From: an uncultured Bacilli bacterium
GTDB taxonomy: Bacteria; Bacillota_I; Bacilli_A; RF39; UBA660
Direction: 5' to 3'
NCBI GenBank assembly: GCA_947589675.1
Contig: CANQCI010000002.1
Location: 1-62,849 of the forward strand
DNA length: 62,849 nucleotides
The notes under the pieces are model-generated. The model was not told the origin of the DNA, did no database searches, and worked only from the letters and a program-made list of their open reading frames with translations. Below, in pieces: positions 1-9,389 of the stretch. A program made the translations under genes and the position numbers. Position 1 is the stretch's first letter; every line of letters starts with the position of its first letter.

Positions 1-2
1 TT

Positions 3-3000
3 TTGTTTACATTGTTTACACTTTTACTTGTCATAATTGGAGCCACGTATGCGTTCTTTCAAGCTCAAAAAGGAACGGGCGGAAATGCGGATATTGAAGT
101 CGGGGCTGGCACCACGGACTCTTTAACTTTTCATGCCGGAACACCAATCAATATCAAGGCATCAGCCGATGATTTTTATCAAGGAGCAAGTGATAAATCA
201 GGAACGACGACAGCTATGGCGAAATTAGTGCCTAATAATAATACGAACCAAGCTCAAGATAAATATAATGTTTATTTTATCATTGATCAAAATGATTTTA
301 CTTATTCAACCGAAGATAAACAAGTTGAACTTTTATTAAAAGTAAAAAATCCTAATCAAGAAGAAGTTCAAAACATTGAAGGATTAATTTACAAAGAAGA
401 CTTACAAGGTTTTGATATAACAATGCGGCATGGCACTTTTAAAATTACTGTTAATGATGAAATAAGTGCTAATTCTCAAGAGGGTACCGAAGAAACATGG
501 GAGTTTGAAGTCACACTTCGAAACCTCACTACCAATCAGCAAGAAAATACCGGTAAAACTTTTCAAGGTAAAGTTTTAATTACGACAGAAGAAAAAGAAA
601 CTTATGTTATGCCTGAGATAAATAGTATTGTTGAAAGTACTAAAGATTATGAAAGTATAACTGTTAATTTACTGGAAAATGACAAACATACCGAAGCAAT
701 AGATAAATATTATTATGCTATCGAAGAAACAGATGAAGAGCCTGAAACAATAAGACTGATGAGTATTGCTGAAAGGTTAGAACCAAATTATATTGAGTCA
801 GATGAACCTACGCATACATTTCGAGAATTAAATGGGGAGCCTTTAAAAGATAATCAAAGCTATAAAGTTTATGCTTATTCTAAAGATGTACAAGGGATAA
901 TGAGTTCCATAAAAACAGCTGTCGTAAAAACTGATGAATATCAAAAAGTAAAAGTAACAGGCTTTACGGTAACCGAAAGAACTTTAACAAGTATTAAAAT
1001 AAGTGCCACTGCTGAGGCTGGAACTAAGAATGTAAAAGAGTATGCTTTTAAAATTGAAAATCATGATACCTATGGTAACTGGAGTGCATGGCAGGTAAGT
1101 CCTGAGTTTGAATTTACCGGATTAGCCGATACAACAAGCTATAATATTCGGGTTAAAGTAAGGGATGAATTAGATAGAGAATCGGTTGATAGTTTTGATA
1201 AAGAAGAAAGTACCGAAACCTATGTTTATCCAAGTGTTAAAACCTTTACAGTATCAGATATTACATCAAGCATCATAAAAGTAAATGGAACATTTAATAA
1301 TGGCACAGGAACTGTTAGTAAAGTTGAGTATCAGAGAAATGGTGATACTAATTGGTATCAAGGAACTAATGCTAATGGAACTTATTCTTATTCATTTGGA
1401 AGTTTAACCAAGGCAACAGCATATACATTTAAAATACGAGTAACTGATAGTAATAATCGTACTAAAATATTAGAAAATGCTAGTTATAAAGGAACGACTT
1501 TAAACAATTATTTAGTCAAAGCAACTGTATCAGGAGGAACGGCTACACCTACGCAAGCAACAGTCGACCATGGCAAAAGTACAACCTTTACCATAGCAGC
1601 CACGACTGGCTATAATTTAAGTAAGGCAACTGTTACGGGTACCGGTTGTGCTTTAAGTACTGATAAAACCAAATTAACAGTAAGTAATGTGACAGCAGCC
1701 GTAACTTGTGCAGTTACAATACCAAAATTAGAATATAATGTCACCGTAAATGTAACTGGCGGTACGGTTGATAAATCACCAAAGACTGTAAAATATAATG
1801 AAAATGTTACGTTTACCATAACAGCAACCACAGGTTATAACCTAAGTGCAGCAACAGTTAAAGGGACAGGTTGTACGTTGAGTTCTGATAAAAAAACGTT
1901 AACGGCAAGTAATATAAAAGCAGCCACGACCTGTACAGTTACTATACCAAAGTATGAGTATAATGTTACGGTAAAAGTAACTGGAGGTACTGTAGATAAA
2001 TCACCAAAGGTTGTAAAATATAATGAAAATGGAACTTTCATCATAACGGCATCAACAGGCTATAATTTAAGTGCCGCAACAGTAAGTGGAACTAATTGTA
2101 CTTTAAGTACTGATAAAAAAACATTAACAGCAAGTAAAGTTACAGCAGCAAGGACTTGTACAGTAACCATTCCAAAATATGAATATAATGTAACAGTGAC
2201 TGTTACAAATGGTAAAGTAGATAGTTCACCAAAAAAAGTAAAGTATAATGAATCAACAACCTTTACGATAACAGCTAACTCTGGCTATGTTTTATCAACA
2301 GCCACAGTGAGTGGTACCAATTGTACTTTAAGTGCAGATAAAAAAACATTAACAGCTAGTAAGGTTACTGCAGCAAGAACTTGTACAGTAACGATTTATA
2401 AAACCCAAACCTTGAGTTCATATGTTATAAGTAAAGTAGGAACATCTGGAAGTGGAACATTAGCTCAACATACAACAAGTTTAGCTAATAGTGCTAAAGA
2501 TAATAGTTATCGTTATTCGGGAAATAATCCAAATAACTTTGTTTGTTTTGGAAGTGGTAGTGAAAATTATAACAATGGTAAAACAACTACTTGTCCTGAT
2601 ACCAATTTATATCGAATAATTGGTGTATTTAATAATCAAGTCAAATTAATAAAATCGGAATACATAAAAAGTGCCGAATTGGGAATAGCTAGTAATGGAG
2701 GACCGCCAAATTCCAGTTATGATAGTTTAAAAAGAGTCAAGAAAAATGCTAGTAATGGATTTTATTGGAATAGTACAGCTAATAATACATGGAGTAGTAG
2801 TTCACTATATAAAGCTTTAAATAATAGTACTAGTGGATATTTGAAGAATCTAGGAACTTGGGCAAATAAGGTTGCCACAGCTACGTGGCATGCGGGAGGA
2901 TATAGTGCCTATCAAACTACCCCAAGAGCAACGTATAATTATGAAATAAAATCGAGTCCAACTGTGTCGGCTAAAATTGGTTTAATGTACACATCAGATT

Positions 3001-3296
3001 ATGGTTTTGCGAGTGCTTCAAGTAGTTGGGCAACATCGTTATATAGTTATGATAATGATACTAACCGTAAAAATAATTGGCTATTTAATAACGTCATGGA
3101 ATGGACGATATCACGTCAATCTAATAATAGTGCGGATGCATATGTTGTTTATTATAATGGCGGTATATACTATACTTATGGTTATAGCTATGCATGGGCA
3201 GTACGACCAGCTTTCTATTTAAATACTAATGTTAATGTCATTGTTGATACAGCTCGTGATGGTTCGGTTTCTAAGCCTTTTAGAATCCAGCCTTGA
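3..3296 (+). CDS. Family member type C, 5'-truncated by the window edge. SipW-type signal peptide and shared N-module, FN3-like modules, four InlB-B-repeat-like tandem repeats, DUF6273-like C-terminal domain.
   Basis: Frame is open from base 3 to the TGA at 3294-3296. The N-terminus LLLVIIGATYAFFQAQKGTGG..GAGTTDSLTF is nearly identical at nucleotide level to the type D gene around 60570-60660, where a Lys-rich n-region precedes it, so the true start is upstream of the window. The C-terminal motifs NLYRIIGVF, KIGLMYTSDYGFA and AVRPAFYLNTNV match the type A paralogs. Confidence 0.85.
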   Translation: MFTLFTLLLVIIGATYAFFQAQKGTGGNADIEVGAGTTDSLTFHAGTPINIKASADDFYQGASDKSGTTTAMAKLVPNNNTNQAQDKYNVYFIIDQNDFTYSTEDKQVELLLKVKNPNQEEVQNIEGLIYKEDLQGFDITMRHGTFKITVNDEISANSQEGTEETWEFEVTLRNLTTNQQENTGKTFQGKVLITTEEKETYVMPEINSIVESTKDYESITVNLLENDKHTEAIDKYYYAIEETDEEPETIRLMSIAERLEPNYIESDEPTHTFRELNGEPLKDNQSYKVYAYSKDVQGIMSSIKTAVVKTDEYQKVKVTGFTVTERTLTSIKISATAEAGTKNVKEYAFKIENHDTYGNWSAWQVSPEFEFTGLADTTSYNIRVKVRDELDRESVDSFDKEESTETYVYPSVKTFTVSDITSSIIKVNGTFNNGTGTVSKVEYQRNGDTNWYQGTNANGTYSYSFGSLTKATAYTFKIRVTDSNNRTKILENASYKGTTLNNYLVKATVSGGTATPTQATVDHGKSTTFTIAATTGYNLSKATVTGTGCALSTDKTKLTVSNVTAAVTCAVTIPKLEYNVTVNVTGGTVDKSPKTVKYNENVTFTITATTGYNLSAATVKGTGCTLSSDKKTLTASNIKAATTCTVTIPKYEYNVTVKVTGGTVDKSPKVVKYNENGTFIITASTGYNLSAATVSGTNCTLSTDKKTLTASKVTAARTCTVTIPKYEYNVTVTVTNGKVDSSPKKVKYNESTTFTITANSGYVLSTATVSGTNCTLSADKKTLTASKVTAARTCTVTIYKTQTLSSYVISKVGTSGSGTLAQHTTSLANSAKDNSYRYSGNNPNNFVCFGSGSENYNNGKTTTCPDTNLYRIIGVFNNQVKLIKSEYIKSAELGIASNGGPPNSSYDSLKRVKKNASNGFYWNSTANNTWSSSSLYKALNNSTSGYLKNLGTWANKVATATWHAGGYSAYQTTPRATYNYEIKSSPTVSAKIGLMYTSDYGFASASSSWATSLYSYDNDTNRKNNWLFNNVMEWTISRQSNNSADAYVVYYNGGIYYTYGYSYAWAVRPAFYLNTNVNVIVDTARDGSVSKPFRIQP
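1509..2408 (+). repeat. Four in-frame tandem repeats of exactly 225 bp (75 aa) inside the type C gene
   Basis: Repeat starts at 1509, 1734, 1959 and 2184 (YNVTV.VTGG.VDKSPK.VKYNE..TFTITA.TGYNLSAATV.GT.CTLS.DKKTLTAS...AA.TCTVTIPKYE). Each unit has 2 Cys. The pattern resembles the divergent InlB B-repeat / Flg_new-type fold. Confidence 0.85.
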
Positions 3297-3315
3297 AACC
3301 TAAAAAAAATATACG

Positions 3316-3344
3316 AATTATACTTGTAAAAGTATAATTTTTTT
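3316..3344 (+). terminator. Rho-independent terminator after the type C gene
   Basis: Perfect 10-bp stem aattatactt/aagtataatt, 4-nt loop gtaa, followed by a T-run. Confidence 0.75.
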
Positions 3345-3461
3345 GGTAGAATTTTAATTGCTGAAAAGCAAGTAAACATTGATATGGATTAGTACTTCCA
3401 GTGCCGTATGGTGAAGGGCTAAGAAGAAGTATCAAGAAGAAAAACGAAGGAGGGATAATTT

Positions 3462-4373
3462 ATGGCAGTAGTTTCTATGAATTATTTATTAGAAGCTGGA
3501 GTTCATTTTGGACATCAAACTAAAAGATGGAATCCAAAAATGAAAGAGTATATTTATACTTCAAGAGATGATATTTATATTATTGATCTTGAAAAAACTA
3601 AGGAATGTTTAGAGGTAGCGTATGAAGAAATTAAGACTATCGCTGCTAATGGGGGTAAGTTCTTATTCGTGGGGACAAGAAAACAAGCTCAAGAAGTTTG
3701 TATTGAAGAAGCCACTAGAAGTAATTCTTACTATGTAACTGAAAGATGGTTAGGTGGGACACTTACTAATTTTAGAACAATTCGTAAAAGAGTTAAAAGA
3801 CTTGAAGAAATTGAAGAAATGGAAAAAAATGGTAAGTTTGAATTACTACCTAAAAAAGAAGTTATTGGGTTAAAGAAAGAATATGAAAAATTAAATAAAG
3901 TATTATGTGGGATTAGAGAAATGGTTAAATTGCCACAAGCTTTAATTATTGTTGATCCTAAAAAGGAATATAATGCCATTAAAGAAGCTCGTAAGCTAAA
4001 TATTCCGGTATTCGGGGTAGTTGATACGAACTGTGATCCAGATGATGTTGATTTTGTTATTCCTGGTAATGATGATGCTGTTCGTTCTATTAAAGTTATG
4101 CTTGGGGTTTTAAATAATGCTGTTTGTGAAGCTAATAACTTAGAAATGGTTGATTATGTAACTGAAGATGAAAAGACAGAAAGCCCTAAAGAAGAAAAAG
4201 TAGAAGAAGTTAAAGTTGATCCAGAAGTAATGGAAGAAATTGCCGAAATGAAAGAAGTCGATGATTTAGCTGATAAAACTTTACAAGAATTAAAGAACTT
4301 AGCTAAAGATAAAGGTATAAAAGGTTATTCAACTATGAAGAAAAATGAATTAGTTGAAGCATTAAGTAAATAA
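3462..4373 (+). CDS. rpsB: 30S ribosomal protein S2 with an acidic linker and a Rho_N/SAP-like C-terminal extension
   Basis: [19 protein letters not shown] and DTNCDPD S2 signatures. SD aaggaggg lies upstream. 303 aa, which is about 50 aa longer than typical S2. Confidence 0.97.
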   Translation: MAVVSMNYLLEAGVHFGHQTKRWNPKMKEYIYTSRDDIYIIDLEKTKECLEVAYEEIKTIAANGGKFLFVGTRKQAQEVCIEEATRSNSYYVTERWLGGTLTNFRTIRKRVKRLEEIEEMEKNGKFELLPKKEVIGLKKEYEKLNKVLCGIREMVKLPQALIIVDPKKEYNAIKEARKLNIPVFGVVDTNCDPDDVDFVIPGNDDAVRSIKVMLGVLNNAVCEANNLEMVDYVTEDEKTESPKEEKVEEVKVDPEVMEEIAEMKEVDDLADKTLQELKNLAKDKGIKGYSTMKKNELVEALSK

Positions 4374-4386
4374 GGAGGATTTTGAG

Positions 4387-5268
4387 ATGGAAGTTACAGC
4401 AAGTATGGTTAAAGACTTAAGAGAAATGACTGGTGCCGGAATGATGGACTGCAAAAAGGCTTTAGCAGAAACTAATGGTAACATGGAAGAAGCTGTTAAT
4501 TATCTAAGAGAAAAAGGTATTGCTAAAAGTGCTAAAAAAGAAGCAAGAATTGCAGCTGAAGGTTTAGCTAATATCTATATTGATGGTGATAAAGCCGTTA
4601 TCTTAGAAGTTAATAGTGAAACTGATTTTGTTAGTAAAAATGAAGAATTTACTAGTATGATTGATACGATAGGAAAAACTTTACTTAAAAGTGATGCCAA
4701 AACTGTTGAAGAAGCTAAAGCTTTAAAAACACCAGATGATGGGACAGTTGAAGATTTAATTATTAGTAAAACAGCTAAAATAGGTGAAAAATTATCATTA
4801 AGAAGATTTACTATTTTAGAAAAAGATGCTGATGAATGTTTTGGTTCTTACATCCATATGGGTGGTAAGATTGCTGTTTTAACTCTTTTAAAAGGAGCAA
4901 ATAGTGATGTTGCGAAAGAAGTTGCTATGCAATCAGCAGCTATGAAACCTTTATATGTTTTTCCAAGTGAAGTACCAGCTGATGTTTTAGATAATGAAAA
5001 AGCGGTTTTTAAAGAACAAGCTATAAATGAAGGAAAACCAGCAGAAATTGCCGAAAAAATGGTAGAAGGTCGCATTAAGAAATTTTATAAAGAAGTTTGT
5101 TTAGCTGAACAAGAATTTATTAAAGATAGTAATTTATCAGTAGCTAGATATGTGGAAAATAATAAAGGCGAAATTAAAAAGATGATTCGTTATGAAGTTG
5201 GTGAAGGAATGGAAAAAAGAAATGAAAACTTTGCTGAGGAAGTAATGAATCAAGTAAATGGAAAGTAA
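4387..5268 (+). CDS. tsf: Elongation factor Ts
   Basis: VKDLREMTGAGMMDCKKAL UBA-like N-terminus. Canonical position after rpsB. SD aaggagga. Confidence 0.97.
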   Translation: MEVTASMVKDLREMTGAGMMDCKKALAETNGNMEEAVNYLREKGIAKSAKKEARIAAEGLANIYIDGDKAVILEVNSETDFVSKNEEFTSMIDTIGKTLLKSDAKTVEEAKALKTPDDGTVEDLIISKTAKIGEKLSLRRFTILEKDADECFGSYIHMGGKIAVLTLLKGANSDVAKEVAMQSAAMKPLYVFPSEVPADVLDNEKAVFKEQAINEGKPAEIAEKMVEGRIKKFYKEVCLAEQEFIKDSNLSVARYVENNKGEIKKMIRYEVGEGMEKRNENFAEEVMNQVNGK

Positions 5269-5289
5269 TCAGAGATGATTGCTTTTTTT
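5265..5289 (+). terminator. Weak terminator-like hairpin after tsf
   Basis: gtaatc/gattgc stem (one G-U pair) followed by 7 T. Confidence 0.35.
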
Positions 5290-5324
5290 AATTTAAAAAT
5301 GGGATTTAAAATAAAGAAAAAAAA

Positions 5325-5333
5325 TGTTATAAT
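5325..5333 (+). promoter_or_regulatory. Extended -10 promoter element (TGtTATAAT)
   Basis: tgttataat lies 23 nt upstream of the TTG start at 5356. Confidence 0.4.
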
Positions 5334-5355
5334 TACTTTAAAGTGGTGAATCAGT

Positions 5356-5973
5356 TTGGAAAAAGAGAAAATAAAAGTTTTACATAAATCATTTTTTAAG
5401 TCTAAATTACATATGGTAGTTTCTTTAATTATCTTTTGTTTTTTAATATATCTTTTTATAGTGATTGGAACAACTGACTTTTCAAATGATATTCCTGATA
5501 ATGAAAGATTTGCAGCTGATTATTCTTTGGTTGGGAAAGATAATGTATTTAAGTATATAACCGTGGTTGATGCCCACATGATTGCCAGTGGCAAAAAAGG
5601 AATTATTTTTTTTGGTAATAAAGATAACGAATGGTGTCAGTACTATGCTGATATTGTAAATGAAGCCGCTCATGATGTCGGATTAGAAGAAATTAGTTAT
5701 TATGATTTTTTTAATGACCGGAGTCAAAATAATGCTACTTATGAAGATATTTTAAATTTATTAAAAGATTATGTCACATATGATGATGAGGGAAGAGCCG
5801 AGATGTATGCTCCAACACTTTTAGTAGTAAGTGATGATAAAGTTATATTGTATGATGATGAAACAACGTTTATGAAAGGAAATATTAAAGCTAGTGATTA
5901 TTGGAATAGCATTGAAAGATTAAATAAAATTACAGAATTAAGACAAGCTTTTGGTAAGTATTTAGAAAGTTAG
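5356..5973 (+). CDS. Membrane-anchored hypothetical protein, possibly a degenerate thioredoxin-like fold
   Basis: TTG start. One N-terminal TM helix (MVVSLIIFCFLIYLFIVIG). FFGNKDNEWCQYY resembles a thioredoxin WCxxC site with the second Cys lost. Function not supported beyond this. Confidence 0.5.
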   Translation: MEKEKIKVLHKSFFKSKLHMVVSLIIFCFLIYLFIVIGTTDFSNDIPDNERFAADYSLVGKDNVFKYITVVDAHMIASGKKGIIFFGNKDNEWCQYYADIVNEAAHDVGLEEISYYDFFNDRSQNNATYEDILNLLKDYVTYDDEGRAEMYAPTLLVVSDDKVILYDDETTFMKGNIKASDYWNSIERLNKITELRQAFGKYLES

Positions 5974-5981
5974 AGGTATTT

Positions 5982-6767
5982 ATGGAGAGTCGAAAAAATA
6001 TAGTAGGAGCTGTGTTATTAGTGGCTTTACTATTAACATTTGTAATTGGAGGTTTCTTTTTAACTAAATATTTAACTACCGATAATAAGCCAGTAGTTAA
6101 TAATAATTCTATACCAGCAACTAATACAGTTGATTTAAGAATAGATAAAACGAAAGATTATATATATTATGATAATGAAAAAGAAATTATTGAAGAGGAA
6201 GAAATAGTAAGGGAAGATGCGTTTTTAAATTTTAGTTCGCTAAGTAATATAAATGAGGAGTTAAAAAGGGAAGCCGATGCTTTATATAATGAAGTAGTAT
6301 ATCGAAAAGATGTAGAATTACCCTTAACAAATGAACTGGGGGAACCAATTACTTATAACGAAAATGAAGCAGGGATATATAGTATTAAATATCGTAATTA
6401 TGAAAATTATAAATATAATGATTATATTAGTTTAGTAGTTTTAGATTATAGTTATGATATTATTAAAGCATCAATTCCCCTTAGTCTTAAAAGTTATGTT
6501 GTTGATATTAAAACTGGTCAAGTTATAAGTAAAGAAGAATTATTTAGTCAATTTGGAATTGATGAAAATGTTGTTCGAGAAAAAATTAAAACGAGATTAG
6601 AAGGAACCCAAGTTTTAGATGAAGCGGCAGCAGCTGTTATTGATATAGATGGAACTTTAGCGGATTTAAATTATACGGTTTATATTAATAAAAATGGTAA
6701 ATTAGAAGCAGCTTTTATTGTCAAATCGCAAGAAAACAATTATAATGATACTGTGGTATTAAATTAG
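5982..6767 (+). CDS. Membrane-anchored hypothetical protein
   Basis: N-terminal TM helix (IVGAVLLVALLLTFVIGGFFL) followed by a 230-aa extracytoplasmic part. No recognisable motif. Confidence 0.55.
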   Translation: MESRKNIVGAVLLVALLLTFVIGGFFLTKYLTTDNKPVVNNNSIPATNTVDLRIDKTKDYIYYDNEKEIIEEEEIVREDAFLNFSSLSNINEELKREADALYNEVVYRKDVELPLTNELGEPITYNENEAGIYSIKYRNYENYKYNDYISLVVLDYSYDIIKASIPLSLKSYVVDIKTGQVISKEELFSQFGIDENVVREKIKTRLEGTQVLDEAAAAVIDIDGTLADLNYTVYINKNGKLEAAFIVKSQENNYNDTVVLN

Positions 6768-6778
6768 AAGGAGAAATT

Positions 6779-7309
6779 ATGAACGATACTGAGAAAAAAA
6801 TGCAACAAGCAATCGAAAATTTAAAAACAAGATTACAAACTATTAGAGCAGGGCGAGCTAATCCCAGTATGCTAAATGGCATTATGGTAGCTTACTATGG
6901 AAGTCCTACTCCTATTCAAAGCTTAGCTAATATTACAGCACCCGAAGCAAGGCAATTATTTATTAAGCCTTTTGACCGGGGATGTTTAAAAGATATTGAA
7001 AAAGCGATTAATGAAGCTAATTTAGGAATTGCTCCTACCAATAATGGGGAAATGATTATTTTAACTATTCCGGAGTTGACGGAAGACCGTCGGAAAGAAT
7101 ATGTTAAACAAGCTAAAGCAGTCGGGGAAGAAGCTAAAGTAGCTTTAAGAAATATCAGACAAGATGCTAATAATAAAATTAAGAATGAAGAAATGCCTGA
7201 GGATGAAGAAAAATTGCAACTAGAAGAAATTCAAGAATTAATTACGAAATATAATAATTTAGTAGATGAAGAAATAAAATTAAAAGAACAAGAATTAATG
7301 CAAGTTTAA
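6779..7309 (+). CDS. frr: Ribosome recycling factor
   Basis: LQTIRAGRANPSMLNGIMVAYYGSPTPI and PELTEDRRKEYVK motifs. Confidence 0.96.
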   Translation: MNDTEKKMQQAIENLKTRLQTIRAGRANPSMLNGIMVAYYGSPTPIQSLANITAPEARQLFIKPFDRGCLKDIEKAINEANLGIAPTNNGEMIILTIPELTEDRRKEYVKQAKAVGEEAKVALRNIRQDANNKIKNEEMPEDEEKLQLEEIQELITKYNNLVDEEIKLKEQELMQV

Positions 7310-8419
7310 AACAGGTTTATTTTGTTTTTCAAAAGATTGGGTATTACTATTTGTAAGTAAATCATATATAAGCGATGCTTTTTGTTCATATAAATATAGT
7401 TTACTATGTTTATTAATGGTCGTAAAAGAAGCTAGGTTAGGTATCTCTTTAAGGTAATTTTGTCCGTGATGAGTAAAGCCAAGAATACGTATGTATAAAA
7501 GAGGAAGATGACTATCTTCTTTTTTTAAACCAATTAATAAATGAATAAATAACCGATTTAATTTATTATAAGTATATCTTTTAGTTTTAATTAAAGCTAA
7601 ATATTCTTCATAACTTTGGACTTTAGTAATATATTTTTTTAAACGATATTCTAATCCTTCATCGACATCTAAATATTCTTGGAGATTTTCATCGGTTATT
7701 ATTTTTACTTTTAATAATTTAAAAAATAAAGCATAATCTATTTTATGAAGATATTTTAAAGTATCTTTAGGAACATGTTTACTAATGTCTTGGTTATTTT
7801 TGAGTTTTTCTCTGATATTCGTGGCACTAATTATTGCCTCATTACTTGAGGTATCATTATAACTATTAGTCCTTTTAATAGTTTCGTAAGTTATTTGGTA
7901 ATTATTTAGCTTGATAGCTTTAACATAGGAAATGCCTAATAAATCATTGGGTAAAAAATTAAAATCCGGTAGGTTTAGGGCTTTAGCTAAAGCCGTAGGG
8001 TAGTTTTCACCATCTTTTAAAAACTCCTGCACTTTAGCATTATAGGTTGGATGCATTGTTCTATCGGCAATATCACTTAACATTTCAGGATTATTACTTT
8101 CACTTCCAAAGATAATCTTGGTAACGCCAAATTTATTTAAAATACTAAGGGCACAACTCGCAAAAATATCGGCAGCTTGGGTGCCATAGACAAAGGGAAG
8201 TTCTAAAACTAAATCCACCCCATGCTTTAAGGCTAACTCTGTTTTAGCTTGTTTTGCTAAAAGACTAATTTCGCCTCGTTCTAAAAAGTAACCATTTAAA
8301 ACTAATATTAATAAAGAATTAGGATATTTTTCTTTAATCTTATTTATATGATATATATGCCCTTTATGAAAGGGATTATATTCGCCAATTATACCAATTA
8401 CTTCCAAAGTTATCACCAA
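7295..8419 (-). CDS. tmcAL: tRNA(Met) cytidine acetate ligase (YlbM/TmcAL-family nucleotidyltransferase)
   Basis: GIIGEYNPFHKGHIYH, VDLVLELPFVYGTQAADIFA and KTKRYTYNKLNRL align with B. subtilis YlbM by eye. TTG start at 8419 (GTG one codon later). Confidence 0.85.
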   Translation of the reverse strand: MVITLEVIGIIGEYNPFHKGHIYHINKIKEKYPNSLLILVLNGYFLERGEISLLAKQAKTELALKHGVDLVLELPFVYGTQAADIFASCALSILNKFGVTKIIFGSESNNPEMLSDIADRTMHPTYNAKVQEFLKDGENYPTALAKALNLPDFNFLPNDLLGISYVKAIKLNNYQITYETIKRTNSYNDTSSNEAIISATNIREKLKNNQDISKHVPKDTLKYLHKIDYALFFKLLKVKIITDENLQEYLDVDEGLEYRLKKYITKVQSYEEYLALIKTKRYTYNKLNRLFIHLLIGLKKEDSHLPLLYIRILGFTHHGQNYLKEIPNLASFTTINKHSKLYLYEQKASLIYDLLTNSNTQSFEKQNKPVLNLH

Positions 8420-8454
8420 ACATAATATACCTTATCGAAAAATAGTTGTCAATT

Positions 8455-8463
8455 TGGTATAAT
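8455..8463 (+). promoter_or_regulatory. Extended -10 promoter (TGgTATAAT) for miaA
   Basis: tggtataat lies 25 nt upstream of the ATG at 8488. It sits inside the longer ORF-track frame, which argues for the shorter start. Confidence 0.45.
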
Positions 8464-8487
8464 AAAAAAACAAGAAGGAGCGTTTTT

Positions 8488-9366
8488 ATGATTTTAGTTA
8501 TTGTAGGACCAACTGGTGTAGGTAAGACCAGGATGAGTATTGAATTAGCCAAGATATATGATGGAGAAATTGTTAATGCTGATTCGATGCAAGTTTATAA
8601 AAATCTGGATGTGGGAACAGCTAAAGCAACGTTAGAAGAAAGACAAGGAATAGTTCATCATTTATTAGATATTAAAGAAGTAACAGATGATTATACAGTT
8701 TATGATTATCAGCGTGATGCTAGAAGAGTGGTTGATGATATTTTAAAAAGAGGGAAAGTTCCTATTATTGTGGGAGGAACAGGATTATATATTAAGGCTT
8801 TATTATATGATTATCATTTTTTTAAATATCCGAATAAAAATAATTATGATAATTTAAGTAATGAAGAATTAGTAAAAAAAATTAATAGTTATCAAAAAGA
8901 TATAGAGTATGATCAATATAATCGAAGAAGATTAGTAAGTATTTTAAATAAATTAGAACAAGGTTGGGAACCTAAAAAAGAGGAATTAAAATTAATTTAT
9001 GATGATGTTTATTTTATTGGTTTAACAACAGATAGAGAAAAATTATATGATATTATTAATAAAAGATTTGATAAAATGATTAAACCTTTAATTGAAGAAG
9101 TTAAACCCTATTATTTAAAACATATTGAAAGTAAAGCTTTAAAGACGGGAATTGGTTATAAAGAATTAGAAGGGTATTTTAATAAAGAAAAAACTTTAGA
9201 AGAAGTAGTTGAAGAGTGCAAAAAAAATTCTCGTAATTATGCGAAAAGACAATATACTTGGTTTAAAAGGCAAATGCCAGTGGTTTGGTTTAAGGTTGAT
9301 TATGATGATTTTTTGAATACAGTTCGAGATGTAGCGAACTATGTAGAAAAAAATCGAAATATATGA
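8488..9366 (+). CDS. miaA: tRNA dimethylallyltransferase
   Basis: MILVIVGPTGVGKT P-loop directly at the N-terminus. SD aaggag is 7 nt upstream of the ATG at 8488. NADSMQVYK and GGTGLY motifs. Confidence 0.93.
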   Translation: MILVIVGPTGVGKTRMSIELAKIYDGEIVNADSMQVYKNLDVGTAKATLEERQGIVHHLLDIKEVTDDYTVYDYQRDARRVVDDILKRGKVPIIVGGTGLYIKALLYDYHFFKYPNKNNYDNLSNEELVKKINSYQKDIEYDQYNRRRLVSILNKLEQGWEPKKEELKLIYDDVYFIGLTTDREKLYDIINKRFDKMIKPLIEEVKPYYLKHIESKALKTGIGYKELEGYFNKEKTLEEVVEECKKNSRNYAKRQYTWFKRQMPVVWFKVDYDDFLNTVRDVANYVEKNRNI

Positions 9367-9389
9367 TAAAATTTGAACGGTGGTACTAA

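Noticed and set aside
1610-2044. Antisense ORFs 1610-1831 and 1835-2044 (73 and 69 aa, themselves repeats of each other)
   Set aside because: They lie entirely within the 225-bp tandem coding repeats of the type C gene. Their similarity is a mirror image of the sense repeats. They have no SD and low-complexity V/T/F composition.
3001-3222. ORF 3001-3222 (+) and other short ORFs nested in rpsB, tsf, the ABC ATPase gene, pduL and dusB (3731-3979, 4848-5075, 52724-52948, 58180-58377, 58770-58979)
   Set aside because: They are nested inside strongly supported conserved genes and have no independent signals.
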